NCBI RefSeq assembly: GCF_030144855.1
Contig: NC_082722.1
Coordinates: forward strand, 19,034,001-19,098,000
DNA length: 64,000 nt
Source of the DNA: Hypanus sabinus
Taxonomy: Eukaryota
Reading direction: 5' to 3'
Below, in pieces: positions 1 to 11,968 of the stretch. A program made the position numbers and the translations under genes. Below the pieces are notes generated by a model. The model saw only the letters and a program-made list of their open reading frames with translations, did no database searches and was not told where the DNA came from. The stretch's first letter is position 1. Every line of letters starts with the position of its first letter.

Positions 1-69
1 GATATCTGGCTACTCGCATACGTTGACAACTATGGTATTTATATAATACTAATAATATTAATAATAATA

Positions 70-1240
70 CCCACAAACATATTCTGCTAGCATAATATCT
101 TGGGTTGAAACCCATCTGGAAAATTTACAAGGAAAAGTAAGAAATAAAATTATAAATTTTAGAAAAGACAATGTACATTTGAACGTACTTAGATTAACAC
201 TACTTTGGACAGAAGGGGGAAGAGGAATAACATGCATAAATAAAATTTACAACAGGCAGATAAAACTTCTGAGGCTATACTTTCATCAATGAAACCAGGA
301 TTCATTATTTTAGTCGAGCATGTGCAATTCTGATAAGAACACACCACTAAACTGAAATTAAAGTACAGACCAGAAAAATGAAGAAATAATAACTGTAGTG
401 GGGAAAAAAAAACTTAACTAATGGAAGAATATGACAGTCCTTGGGGAGATCCCCAGGATCTGGACAGATTAGATGTCATCAAGGAAGCATCGAATGCCTG
501 GCTCGGAGTTGGAGACCGCTTCTCAGAACAAAATGGTTCCTCGTGGCATACAGGACCAGGTGGTTAATTATCAAAAATACAGAATAAGAAAACCAAGAAA
601 GGTAAGACGATTCATGCAGAAAAAGTCCAGAGAAATCAGAAACAATCCAGCACATTACAGGATCTTGCAGCAGTTGAAGTCAATCCGATTACTTACATAG
701 GGGCAATCAAGCAGCAAACATTATTTACCAAAATCTTGCTTTAAATTTCAAACTCAGAAGTGGAACCATACCTTACGATGAATGTGCGTCTGGTTCAGCT
801 TGATAGTCAGAGTCTCACAAGCTATATTACACCTAATCCATTATTACAAATGGGATCATTTATAATAACCATTCACATATAAATATTACAGAATAAACAA
901 GCAAAAACAACTTACTTAATAGATATAGCCAGTCCAAAAATACACAATATACAGAAATCAATGAGTGAAAATAACTTGATATTAAAAGAGATAATTGAGA
1001 GACTATGGAACATGAGCAGGCTATACCTTGTCCCAATACTGATACCTACACTTTGTACAATGATATCAACCCAATGTCATTATACAAAAGCATTAAACAA
1101 TTAGGTCTACACAGTAGTATTTTTGAAACATCTCCAGATAGCCAAAATACTAAACAACAGTCTGAATTTTGCTAGCAGTTGCGAAAATAGCTTGTTTGTC
1201 TATGCTTGCACTTTACGCTTTACCAGCTCAAAATAATCAT
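70..1240 (+). mobile_element. Degenerate R4/Dong-like (RLE endonuclease) non-LTR retrotransposon, 3' part
   Basis: Frameshifted remnants resemble the R4-clade C-terminus (GIQDQVVNYQKY; ...YLIDIA...; ...RLWNM...VP...). Flanked by TAA-rich tracts. A related copy lies at 42170-42730. Confidence 0.6.
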
Positions 1241-1285
1241 AATAATACTTTGCATGAGCTTGCTGATTGTAAATTTGAAGCACAG

Positions 1286-2060
1286 GGGCACTATGGAAAA
1301 GGCTCTTGGTGATAATAGTGACGACTTGCAGCAGATTGAAAAGCTTGAGCATGTAGATATATAGAAAGAGGATGTGCTGGAGCTTTGGAAAGCATCAAGT
1401 TGGATAAGTCTCCAGGCCCAGATGAGATGTACCCCAGGCTAGTGTGGGAGGTGAGGGAGGAGATTGCTGGGCCTCTGGTGATGATTTTTTCATCATCAAT
1501 AGGGATGGGAGAGGTTCCAGAGGATTGGAGGGTTGCGAATGTTGTTCCTTTATTCGAGGAAGGGAGTAGAGATAGACCAGGAAATTATAGACCAGTGAGA
1601 CTTACCTCAGTGGTTGGTAAGTTGATAGAGAAGATCCTGAGAGGCAGGATTTATGAACATGTAGAGAGGTATAATATGATTAGTAATAGTCAGCATAGCT
1701 TTGCCAAGGGCAGGTCGTGCCTTACGAGCCTGGTTGAATTTTTTGAGGACGTAACTAAATATATGAAGGAAGAGTAGGAGATGTAGTGTATATGGATTTC
1801 AGCAAGTCACTTCATAAGTTACCCCATGCAAGGCTTATTGAGAAAGTAAGGTGGCATGGAATCCAAGAGGACATTGCTTTGTGGACCAAGAACTGGCTTG
1901 CACACAGAAGGCAAAAGGTGGTTGTAGACGGGTCATAATCTGCATGGAGGTCAGTCACCAGTGGAGTGCCTCAGGGATCTGTTCTGGGACCCTTACTCTT
2001 CGTAATTTTTATAATTGACCTGGATGAGGAATTGGAAGGAAGGGTTAGTAAGCTTCCTGA
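1286..2060 (+). mobile_element. CR1 LINE ORF2 fragment
   Basis: ORF 1385-1777 has KSPGPDEMYPR, DWRVANVVPLF, GNYRPV.LTSVVGK and QHSFAKGRSCLT. Downstream YMDFSK and [14 protein letters not shown] motifs follow. Confidence 0.9.
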
Positions 2061-2167
2061 TGAAAGTGCTTAAAATTATTATTCTTGCTGTTCTCCATCA
2101 AGATATGGTCAAGATTTTGAAACTATATCTAAATAAATGTTCATGCCGCCTATTGTGTAATATTGTA

Positions 2168-2175
2168 TGTGTGTG

Positions 2176-2215
<40 letters not shown>

Positions 2216-2223
2216 TGTGTGTG
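2168..2223. repeat. (GT)n microsatellite
   Basis: Direct read of the dinucleotide run. Confidence 0.97.
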
Positions 2224-2335
2224 GTTGCGAACTTTTCTACCTTTGCAATGAGAAGATGCACCCGGTACAGATGTATTTGCCAAACAGGACGCACACACAG
2301 CAAAGTAACTGCACTCACGGTTAGCTGGTGACGTC

Positions 2336-2377
2336 ATGGAAACTCCATGCGGTCAGAGGCTTCACCGCCTCAGGAGA
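2336..2377 (+). other. Candidate first exon (METPCGQRLHRLRR) overlapping a TGACGTCA palindrome
   Basis: ATG followed by a strong donor AGA|GTAAGT, in a locally CpG-richer patch. No partner exon identified. Confidence 0.2.
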
Positions 2378-2659
2378 GTAAGTTGCAGGTGACCACGTTA
2401 TCGCGTTTAACGCTTAAGTGAAAAGTAAGAAAGTTAATTTAAGTAAATTAGGTGTAAAGCTATTTCTGCAAAGTATGTGTTTCTGTACTCACGATATGTC
2501 ATTCGAAAACAACAAACTGATATCAACCATTTTTATATCAGTTAAACACCTGTTTTAAATATTCGAATATTTTTCTAAGAACATCGAATAATTGCAATTT
2601 GTAATCCTAGGCAGGATAAAATTTATAAATGCAAGATTTTCTGCTGAGGTGGAAAATCC

Positions 2660-2770
2660 AGAGCTACAGTACACTATGCTGAAGCTACTCCGCAGTTAAG
2701 GCAGCATCGATGGAATTGAATAAACAGTCGACATTTCAGACAGAGACCGTTCTTTAGAACTCGACTAGTC
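2660..2770 (-). mobile_element. Penelope-type/SINE 3' tail fragment
   Basis: Reverse strand reads ...GAAATGTCGACTGTTTATTC...GATGCTGCC, the same tail motif as 4165, 28660, 33120 and 58350. Confidence 0.55.
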
Positions 2771-3594
2771 AATGCCAGGAGAGAAACTCTCCTTTAATCC
2801 GCCGAACAAATGTATCGTGAAAATGTCCAGTTGGAAAAAAATGTCGATTATTTTTAGCTAATGCAGTTGCCTCTCGAAATTTAGGTGATACCATTTAAGG
2901 GTAAGATAAGATACTGAGAACAAATTGCCTTGCATGAATGTATGCACAGTTCCTAAAAATGCTGGACAAGTATTGTCTATATATGCATAGTATTTTCAGT
3001 CAGTTTAAATTCTCAGAATGCTGAATGGCAATTAACCGTGTTTTACCGTGTTGTCATTTGTGTAGTAACAAGAGCAGAGCTCTGGAACGTGGACAAATAT
3101 TTTGAAATATTTCAGTTTAAATACTGAAGAAATCTTCGGATTCTCAGTTAAAACAAAGGCTATATTTGAATTATGGACACTGGCATTTTATTATGGTACA
3201 TTTATTTAATACCGTATTGTCAAAGCGTATCAGAAATGTTCCACAGCAGAGTCGATTAACAAAATGGGAACTGAAGATTATTTTTTTGAGTTGAATGTTG
3301 AAATGATTCGAGTGTGAAGGCTCGAGAGCTGCGATTCAGGAAAAAAATACTCATATTGGACTAAAGGGCGAACTGGTGAGCATCTGGAGATTGCTCTAGG
3401 ACCACGAAGTTTCATTATATTTATAAATGACAAATGGAAAGAAACAAGGTAGTAAATGAGCTGGGTAGTATCTGGTGTGCGTGATTTGCGTGTGGAAGGA
3501 CGCAAATGCCTTAGATTTTGCAAATTTGGAGTCCACGCGACTCAGGAAGCAACTGTGGAAAAAGCCAGATTAAGATTTTTTTCGGGTTTATTGC

Positions 3595-3712
3595 ATGGTG
3601 AAAGCTTCCCAGCAGACTTTTCTCTCCAGCGAAGGAGCCAAACTAATCGGTTATTTCCAAAACCTTCTACATTTACTTTTCTTCTGTGTTTTTCCAACTT
3701 ATGTTGATTATG
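3595..3712 (+). CDS. Candidate leader (signal peptide) exon of a further receptor gene
   Basis: MVKASQQTFLSSEGAKLIGYFQNLLHLLFFCVFPTYVDY. There is an in-frame stop just upstream of the ATG, a hydrophobic core, and a phase-1 donor TATG|GTGAGT as in IgSF leaders. Confidence 0.35.
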
Positions 3713-4164
3713 GTGAGTCCTATCCCAGCAGAACTCATTAGTAACCTTGGCAAGATATCCGAACAATATTATCTGTAGAAACTCTCCGTATTTGAGATCA
3801 TAGAATATTTGGAATGTTCTATACAGTATAACGAGGCCATGTGCATTATAAGAGTTCAGCATTATAGATGGTATCTCGGGCGTTCGAGTGTCTAAGTGAC
3901 CCGCACATATAAAACGGAGAAGTAACTTGAGAGACAATTTTTGATCTTAAATAGATTGCCAAAAAAATTCTTCTTAAAGTATTTAAATCATTTATAAAGT
4001 TTCAAGTAAGCAAATATAAATTATTTAAATAATAAAAAGTAAAATCTTTAAAAATTATTTCAAACTTCCAACAGTTACAAAAACGGAAAGGGAAAGACCG
4101 AGGCTGAAGATTGGAAGGTTTAATTTCGATGTTCCTCACTATCTAATTTCCTGGCTGTACAATA

Positions 4165-4290
4165 AAGTGCAGATGAAGAGCCTCGGTCCCAGCCGTCGAC
4201 TGTCTATTTCCCTCCCATGATGCTGCCTGGCGCGTTGAGTTGCGTTAGCGCTGATTGTGTTTCTCCATGTTCCAGCGCCGGAAGTGTCTT
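4165..4290 (+). mobile_element. Penelope-type/SINE 3' tail fragment
   Basis: GATGAAGAGCCTCGGTCCCAGCCGTCGACTGTCTATTTCC...GATGCTGCCTG. Confidence 0.55.
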
Positions 4291-5716
4291 GTCTCCATTT
4301 TATTGCCAAATGGATCATTTTTGGAAAGTACTGTCTTGCCACTTACTTAATGTTTTGTGTTCCGCCAACGTCCATTAGTTGCAGTTGTCAAATTATCTTG
4401 ATGTTCGCGGGAATCCAAATGTTGTGCTTATTATTTCACAACTGCAGATTTTTAACAAACTTTTCAAAGGTCAGCAAATTCGTCAGATTTTATTGCCATA
4501 TCAGCCTGCATGCAAGCATTTAAAGCAGGGATAATAAACAAAATAATTTGCTTCACAAATATAAACCATCACTTTTCCAATATAGAAACTCACGAGGGTG
4601 GTTACTTATTTTCTATCTTCCTTCAAATTTTGACTATTCCCATAGAGCTAACATACCAAATACTTCGTCTGTTAGCAAATATCAAAATAGGTAACTAAAT
4701 AGTTTTCTGATGACTGCTGAATAAAAATGATTTTCAGTTCTCTGATACGGAGGCTTAAAGATAATGCATGCTATATCAAAAGCCCGTATTTTTTAAAAAA
4801 TTTGAAACATTGCTTCTTAGGAGATATGAGGGAAAATAAATTGCCAACAGGAAATATCACCCTGGATACTTGCAGTATTCCGGAGGTTCACCAGAGTTCA
4901 CAAGTGAACAGGAGAGAAACAAGCAGAACAGAAATTATCTGCAAAACAGAGAGAGAAAAAGAGAAAATAAAGTGATTAGCATAATGCGACAATGAAAGTG
5001 GAGACAAAAGAGAAAAATTAAGTTCAAGAAAACATTGCACTGTTTAGCTTTTCTTCAAATATCAACCCGATGTTCCTTTAGCGATTAAATTATATGAGTG
5101 AGTCGTAGAACCGAATTGTATTTGGTTTACTTCAAACAATATTGTGATGCATACAAGTTGAGTAATGGAATTCTACAGAAACGTTCAACTGTAAGTTCGT
5201 GATATTTGCAATGCATTTATTGATTCGAAGCCGCAGGTTCCTTTGTGTTGGGTCTTACAAAATAAAGTACAGCATTCACCTTGATTTAAATGATAAATAT
5301 TTCTATTTCAAAGCTTCTCCCTTGATCAGATTATTTGGCACCTAACCCAATATTAACAACAAATATGGAAACGTGTTGTGATCCACATCATGTGTCCGGA
5401 CTGTATAAATAAAATTCATGGCTTTCATAATATTGTGAAACTGAACTGAAATTACAAAAGAACATTTTCAATGATGGCTATTATGGAGTCACCCCAATGA
5501 GAAGGAAATATTTTCCTCCGACTAAATGCTCGGTAGGTATTATTGCTTCATTATGATGAACAGAAGCAAAGTAAATCAATTCCGAATTGATTCTCACTGT
5601 CATCATGGTACCCGATATGGCCATTTACACAATACAAACTCATATATGAAGGAATCCCTTCAGTGATACTCTGCTGGAGGTAGGACCATGGTACTGAGTC
5701 GTATGGTTATCTTTAG

Positions 5717-5736
5717 AATCGAGTGAAGAGCAAAAA
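5717..5736 (+). CDS. Candidate 20-nt cytoplasmic mini-exon (ESSEEQK)
   Basis: CTTTAG|AATCGAGTGAAGAGCAAAAA|GTAAGT. Phase 1 to phase 0, the same phase pattern as the first tail exon of genes 1 and 2. Confidence 0.25.
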
Positions 5737-7100
5737 GTAAGTAAATAGTTTGAGGTAGATTTTGTAACCTGTACTTCTGAAGTAGCTAAGAACACAATGT
5801 AACTCAGCCTGGAAAAAAAGAAACACACTTTAGATGAGAGGGGATAAGATTCACAAAAGATAAAGGTGAATGTAATGCAAAAAACGCAATATTAGAATAA
5901 CAGGTACTGCTGCACACGTTCAGAAAGTATCTTTAGACTATCTTACTTTGGGTAACAAAATCGATGTTAATTCTATAGAATCTTAGAACTTTGTCAAGCA
6001 CAAAGAAGCCATTCTAGCTGCATTATATATTTATTTGTAAAATACTTACACTGATTATTTCAACTTACCCCCAGAATCTGCTTTCAACATTTGGCGGGAA
6101 TACAAATGGCTCCTCAGTTTGAAGTGACTGTGCAAAAATGCAGAGAGTGGATCTTAACGTGAGAATTTTTGTAGATATTCGTATATTGATAGGAATATGT
6201 GATTTTAAATAAAACCTGACATTGTGAAAACAAGCATTATAACCTGGTACGACAATGTAAATCCTATGATATTTTACGAAATTTCACTAATTACAAAGCT
6301 TGTGAATCTACATGTCTGGAAATGTTTCACCCGATCACCGATGTTTCCCTTTTGCACAGTCACCATTATCTTTGCTTTACATCCAGGGTCTGTGTTAGAC
6401 GATGGTTGATGATTTCAATGAAATTAAAATTTTTAAATTAAAAAGGGGGGAAAAAACGGGAAAATCTTCTCAACTCCATAATAGCGTCACGAAAATTTTT
6501 ATAGCCAGATAATGCCTCGAAAGTTGCAAGAGTACCTCGGCTTCAGGTTATTCCCAGAATGACCGAAGTTACTGCAAAGCAGGAAGACACTGAGACCCAG
6601 GGAGAATGCCCACCTTTCAATCTTCTAAATATGAGATGGCAGCTTTTTGATCGAACTTTATCTCCCAAATATTTTTTTACAATTGCAGTTTTCAAAATGC
6701 CCGAATCCCACAGAAACAGCAGGTCAATTTGACCATCGGCAATCCTTAAAATGATCATTTGCAACATTAGTATCGCAAAGCGTCGGTTGCACAAAGGCTG
6801 CTTTGATCTTAGAATTCAACTGCTCCCTTAAATAGATTGCATTAACCTTCATATGAAAGGTTGGATGTTAAAATGCGCACGAGCATTACTCTGTGTGCGA
6901 GAGATGGCTCGTAACAGGAGATTTCAGCCCGAAGGGAAAATCAGAAAAAGAAAAATTATTTAAAAAGGCAAACACTGCGGTTACAGCTTGCCGCTGACAA
7001 TCAATGAGATACAGATACACGTGACCACTTTCTTTCAGACTCGGGCGGCTCTGCAGCTGCAGCATGATGAACTAACGGTCAATATGACTTACTTTCACAG

Positions 7101-7232
7101 GTCACAATTTACGAGATTAACAAGTTGGCCTCTGCCGCTCTGCACCTTCTCAGTATCAAAATTGCATCTGCATTTAGTCAGAAACAGGAACTTGCAGCGT
7201 ACGCAGATGTACATGTTTTAAAGAAGACGTGA
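7101..7232 (+). CDS. Candidate terminal cytoplasmic exon with Tyr motifs
   Basis: Acceptor TTACTTTCACAG|, then phase-0 open frame VTIYEINKL...QELAAYADVHVLKKT*. The ending resembles the last ITIM of SIRP-type receptors. Confidence 0.45.
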   Translation, partial: VTIYEINKLASAALHLLSIKIASAFSQKQELAAYADVHVLKKT

Positions 7233-7689
7233 AGCTGAACATCGAAGCAAGTATCCACGACGAGAGCTATGACTAAATATAGGTCCAATATGCTGTTAGT
7301 TTGATTTACACGTAGTTGGGTTTAGGAGAGACAATGGTGAGTTTTGCAGTGACCTTTACACCTTCCTTGAGCCGACAGTTAGGCTGAAGTGCCTCCGACC
7401 AACGAATAAACGATTGCTTTTAGTGTTGAAAATGCAAACAAAAATGCCAGCTTACTCATGGAGAAAAGCAAAACTGTTTTCTCCCATTTACATTGTATCA
7501 AATGTGAACGTTATCGCTGCTCTAATATTGTCCAAATATCGCCACGTTCTCTTCACTTAAATGACCTGTATCTCATAACGACGACAACAAAACGGCAATT
7601 AATTCAATTTTTGAAGTAATTTCTTTTCACTTAATTAAAGAGCTATACCTTTTCAAATGTATCTAAACCTTCATTTTATTTCAATATGT

Positions 7690-8350
7690 TTTAAAAGTTA
7701 CATTTAATGTCAGAGAAATGTATACAATATACATTCTGATTTTTTCTTTCTGCACAAACATCTACGAAAACAGAGGAGTGCCCCAAAGATGAAAGGCAGT
7801 TGAATGTTAGAACCCCCAAAAGCCCCCCCCCAAGCTCATCCCTCCCACCCAAAAGTAGTAGCAAAGCAACGACCCCCACACCAACAAAAAAGTATCTGCA
7901 TTCTCCACCGAGCAGTCAAGCGTGCAGCAAAGCATCAATAAGATACAGACTTGCGGTACCCCAAAGACTACTCTACACACGGTTTTCAACATAACACGGC
8001 ACTCTCTCTCCTTGATAAGGGAAAAAAGAGATGTCCACGTTTCAAAGCGAGAGGGGAGACATAACAAAACATCTTGCTGGTTCATGGTGTTAAAAGTCTG
8101 TTGCCTCTCTTTTTCCGAGTTCTGTGCCCAAAGAACTGGGGTCTCTGGGCATACGACCAGAAGCCAGCTCGCTGCTTTCGATCTTCCGTGTTCTCCCACG
8201 ACAGATCAGGCGGCGGCACCGGCACGGGCCTCGAATTAGCTCGTCCCAAGAGCCACGAAAATCCCTTAAACCGACAGCACGCTGGTCTTCCAGGCTGCGA
8301 CCTCGACATATCTAAAAGCGGCCGCTCCTAAGGCCTGGAGACCGGGTCCC
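7690..8350 (-). mobile_element. LINE 3' end and UTR (family unresolved)
   Basis: Its 3' UTR matches 43100-43275 in the opposite orientation (...TTTCTCTGACATTAAATG...). Confidence 0.55.
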
Positions 8351-8939
8351 ATTTCTGCAGAGAACCGAAGTCCAAGTCAGGGTCTTCAAAGAAACCCTGA
8401 AAAGGAAAAAAACGAGATATTAAGGATTGAAATAGCGCTTTTTTCGAAGATGCAAGCAAAGGACTCGCCGTTCGTGATGTTTTGCTACGAACTGCACAAC
8501 GGTAGCACAAACTAAAGAACAAAATCGAGAAAACCAAACTGTTGGAAACATCACTGTCCTTGAATAATCGACACATGCTGTAATAGAGCGGGAAAATTCA
8601 AGTTGCATCCCTGGTTCTATTAGTAAAATAAATTGTCCACGTGTTCTGAAACTAAAATGAAGGACCACGATTCCTAATCTAGGAATGGAAAATGAAGGCA
8701 AGTTGCGCACATCTATCATTGTTAAAAAGAAATGACCTTCGGGTACCAGCTGACCAATGAGAAACTCAGCAGCATGCGTAGGAAATGTATTCCCCCAGTG
8801 AACTCTGCCTAACATTTAGATGAACTGCATCAGTAGAGAAAATTAATTTGCACCGATAGACAGGATAATCGCAGTGACAAATTTATTAACTACATGAAGT
8901 ATCGAATATACTGGTTACTGAGTGTATTTCAGTATGTTC

Positions 8940-9090
8940 GTAATCTTTTGCTGCTGCAGCCCATCTGCTGCAAGGTTCGACGTGTTGTGCTTTCAGAGAT
9001 GCTCTTCTGTACACCATTGCTGTAACACGTGTTTACTGTCAGCGTGAACCAGTCTAGCCAGTCTCCTCTGGTCTCTCTCATTAACTATGA
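8940..9090 (-). mobile_element. Tc1/mariner transposase fragment
   Basis: Reverse strand encodes GVQKSISESTTRRTLQQMGCSSKR, resembling the Tc1 HTH region. Confidence 0.6.
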
Positions 9091-10079
9091 GTTTTTGCTC
9101 AAAGAATTGTCACTCACTTTATGTATTTTCGTGTATTTTTCGCACTATTCTCTTCAAACTTTAGAGACTGTTGTACATGAAGTACCCAGCCATTCACCAG
9201 TTTCTGAGATATCAAATCACCCAGTCACGCACCAACAATCATTCCACAGTCAAAGTCACTTCGCTCGCATTTCTTCCACATTCGGATGTTTGGTCCGAGC
9301 AACAACTATACTTTTTGGCCATGTTTGTATGCCTTTATGTCTATACGTCAGACTAGATATTTGCATTAGCGAGCAGGTATGCAGGTTCACTTAATAAAAT
9401 GGCCAATGAGTATACATCTAATTATTCGAACAATGCCGGCGATGGAATACCATGCACTTTTGCCATTGAGGCAAAATTCGGGGCTGTTCATTGTGCCTGG
9501 CTGCAGCGAGTTGTACCTTCTAATAAGACGGCAGTTTCAAAGATATATCTGGAATTTTAAAAGTCTGCAGGATACTGGGAAAACAACACAGAAGAAATAG
9601 GGCACTTGGCAACTCGGCATGTTTCGCCCTTCAATAAAATTGTTACTGATCTGACGGTAACATCAAATTCCTACCCCGTCCATCACAGTAACTTTCGACT
9701 TCCTGCTTCTTGAGTATTGTCAACATTAAAATCACACAAAAATATAGGATTCAATCTTTCGTTTCAGGAAGAGTGATCCAAAGACACGAAACACTGAGAG
9801 TAATTTATTTTTCCTCACATGGGCATATAAGCCTTTCATAGCTACCTCCTTTAGAGCCTTTAAGATCAAATACATATCAATCGATACTGCTTTTCCATTT
9901 CTATTCTTCAGCGGATGCAAATGTAGCCAGGCCAACATGCCTTAACTGACTACACGCCCATCAACGGATCATTCTTATATACCATCACGAAGAACTGTAT
10001 CCAACGTATTTGCACCATTTCTTAAACTGAAGTTCAGCGTTCAGAGTAAACTTAACGTCTAAGTACGTATTTGTCACCA

Positions 10080-10440
10080 TTTCTTACCCCGAGACTCATT
10101 TTCTTTCGGGCATTCGCAGTGCAACAAAGAAATGCTATAGATTCTATGAAAAACCGCATGCAAAGACTGCCGAATAACCAATGTGCAAAGGAAGACATAC
10201 TGTGCAAATACAGAAAGTTGTAATAATCATAAATAATTAGGTAAGGAAATATGCTAAAACCATGAGTTGTAAGGTAACTGAAAGCAAGTCCATCGTTTAT
10301 TGAATCAGTTCAGTATCGAGAAGAGTGAAATTAGCCACGTTGGCTCAGTGGCCTAATGGTTGAAGGCAATCATTGTTCCTGAGCCTGGTGGTCTGGGACC
10401 TAAGTCTGCTGCATTTCCTTCCTGATGGCAGCGGCGATAA
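10080..10440 (-). mobile_element. Rex-Babar LINE 3' end fragment
   Basis: Similar to the 3' end of the Rex-Babar copy at 34565-34950. Confidence 0.45.
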
Positions 10441-10809
10441 GATAACAATATTGTGAATTAGCACACTAATACTGCGCTCAGTTCACCGGACGTAATCCCT
10501 CCGGTCTATTCATCTGCAGACTTATTTCCCTCCTTTATATTTATTTTCCGGAGATTTATATTATAGCACGGCAGTGAACACAGTCTACCCCGCAAAATCA
10601 AACCGTAAACTGGAAACTGGCCCTCAAAACGCCTTTGTGCAGTTAGATCCTGGATTTCCTCATTGTAGACGCCAGCATTAGGGTTCGTTCAGATTGCAAA
10701 AACATCTCCTCCACAATCTCCATCAGCACAGGAACACCGCAGAGAACGTACGTAGCCCCCTGCTCCACTCGCTTTGTATCTACATCTGTGTAGCTAAGTA
10801 CATCTCCAA

Positions 10810-11968
10810 AACCATATCGGAAATGGCTAAACAAGATAAGAGCCCATGGAATTACGGAAAAAATACACACGTGGATAGAGTGTCGGTTGATTGGCAGGAA
10901 ACAAAGAGTGGGAATAAAGGGATCCCTTTCTGGTTGGCTGCCATTTACCTGTGGTGCTCCACAGGGGTCCGTGTTGGGGCCGCTTCTTTTTACGTTGTAT
11001 ATCAACGATTTGGATTATGGAATAGATGGCTTTGTGGGGAAGTTTGCTGATGATGCAAAGATAGGTGGAGGGGCCAGTAGTGCTGAGGAAACAGAGAGTC
11101 TACAGAGAGACTTGGATAGATTGGGGGAATGGGCAAAGAAGTAGCAAGTCAATTACAATGTCGGAAAGTGTACGGTTATGCACTTTGGTAGAAGAAATAA
11201 ATGGGCAGACTTATTTAAATGGAGAGAGAATTCAAAGTTCTGAGATGCAGCGGGACTTGGGAGTCCTCGTGCAGGATACCCTTAAGGTTAACCTCCAGGT
11301 TGAGTTGGTGGTGAAGAAGGCGAATGCAATGTTGGCATTCATTTCTAGGGGAATAGAGTACAGGAACAGGGATGTGATGTTGAGCCCCTATAAGACACTG
11401 GTAAGACCTCACTTGGAATACTGTGTGCAGGTTTGGGCTCCTTATTTAAGAAAGGATGTGCTGACATTGGAGTGGGTTCAGAGAAGATTAACTAGAATGA
11501 TTCAGGGAATGAGAGGGTTAATATATGAGGAACGTTTGACAGCTCTTGGACTGTACTCCTTGGAGTTTAGAAGAATGCGGGGGGACCTCATAGAAAGATT
11601 TTGAATGTTGAAAGGCATGGACAGAGTGAATGCGGCAAAGTTATTTCCCATGGTGGGGGAGTCCAGTACGAGAAGACATGACTTCGGGATTGCAGGGCGC
11701 ACATTTAGGACTGAGATGCGATTTTTTTTTTTAGTGAGACGGTGGTGAATCTATAGAATTTGTTGCCATGGGCGGCAGTGGAGGCCAAGTCATTGGGTGT
11801 ATTTAAGGCAGATTTTAAGGCAGTGATTGATAGGTATTTGAGTAGTCAGGGCATCAAAGGTTATGGTGAGAAGGTGGGGGAATGGGACTAAAGGGGAGAT
11901 TGGATCAGTTCATGATGAAATGGCGCAGCAGACTCGATGACCTGAATGGACGACTTCTGCTCCTTTAT
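10810..11968 (+). mobile_element. CR1 LINE, 5'-truncated (RT C-terminus plus 3' UTR)
   Basis: [28 protein letters not shown] and RPHLEYCVQVWAPY motifs. Frameshifted. Confidence 0.92.

Noticed and set aside
4276-4523. Strong acceptor followed by APEVS, like a C-domain start
   Set aside because: The acceptor is part of the Penelope/SINE tail, and no Ig motifs follow in frame.
4821-5190. GNITLDTC ... YCDAY as a decayed V exon
   Set aside because: The Cys-Cys distance (about 90 codons) is too long, there is no W, and there are multiple stops.
5525-5640. GRYYC and SELIL...D.A.Y motifs
   Set aside because: They are in different frames and the wrong order for one Ig domain, so probably chance.
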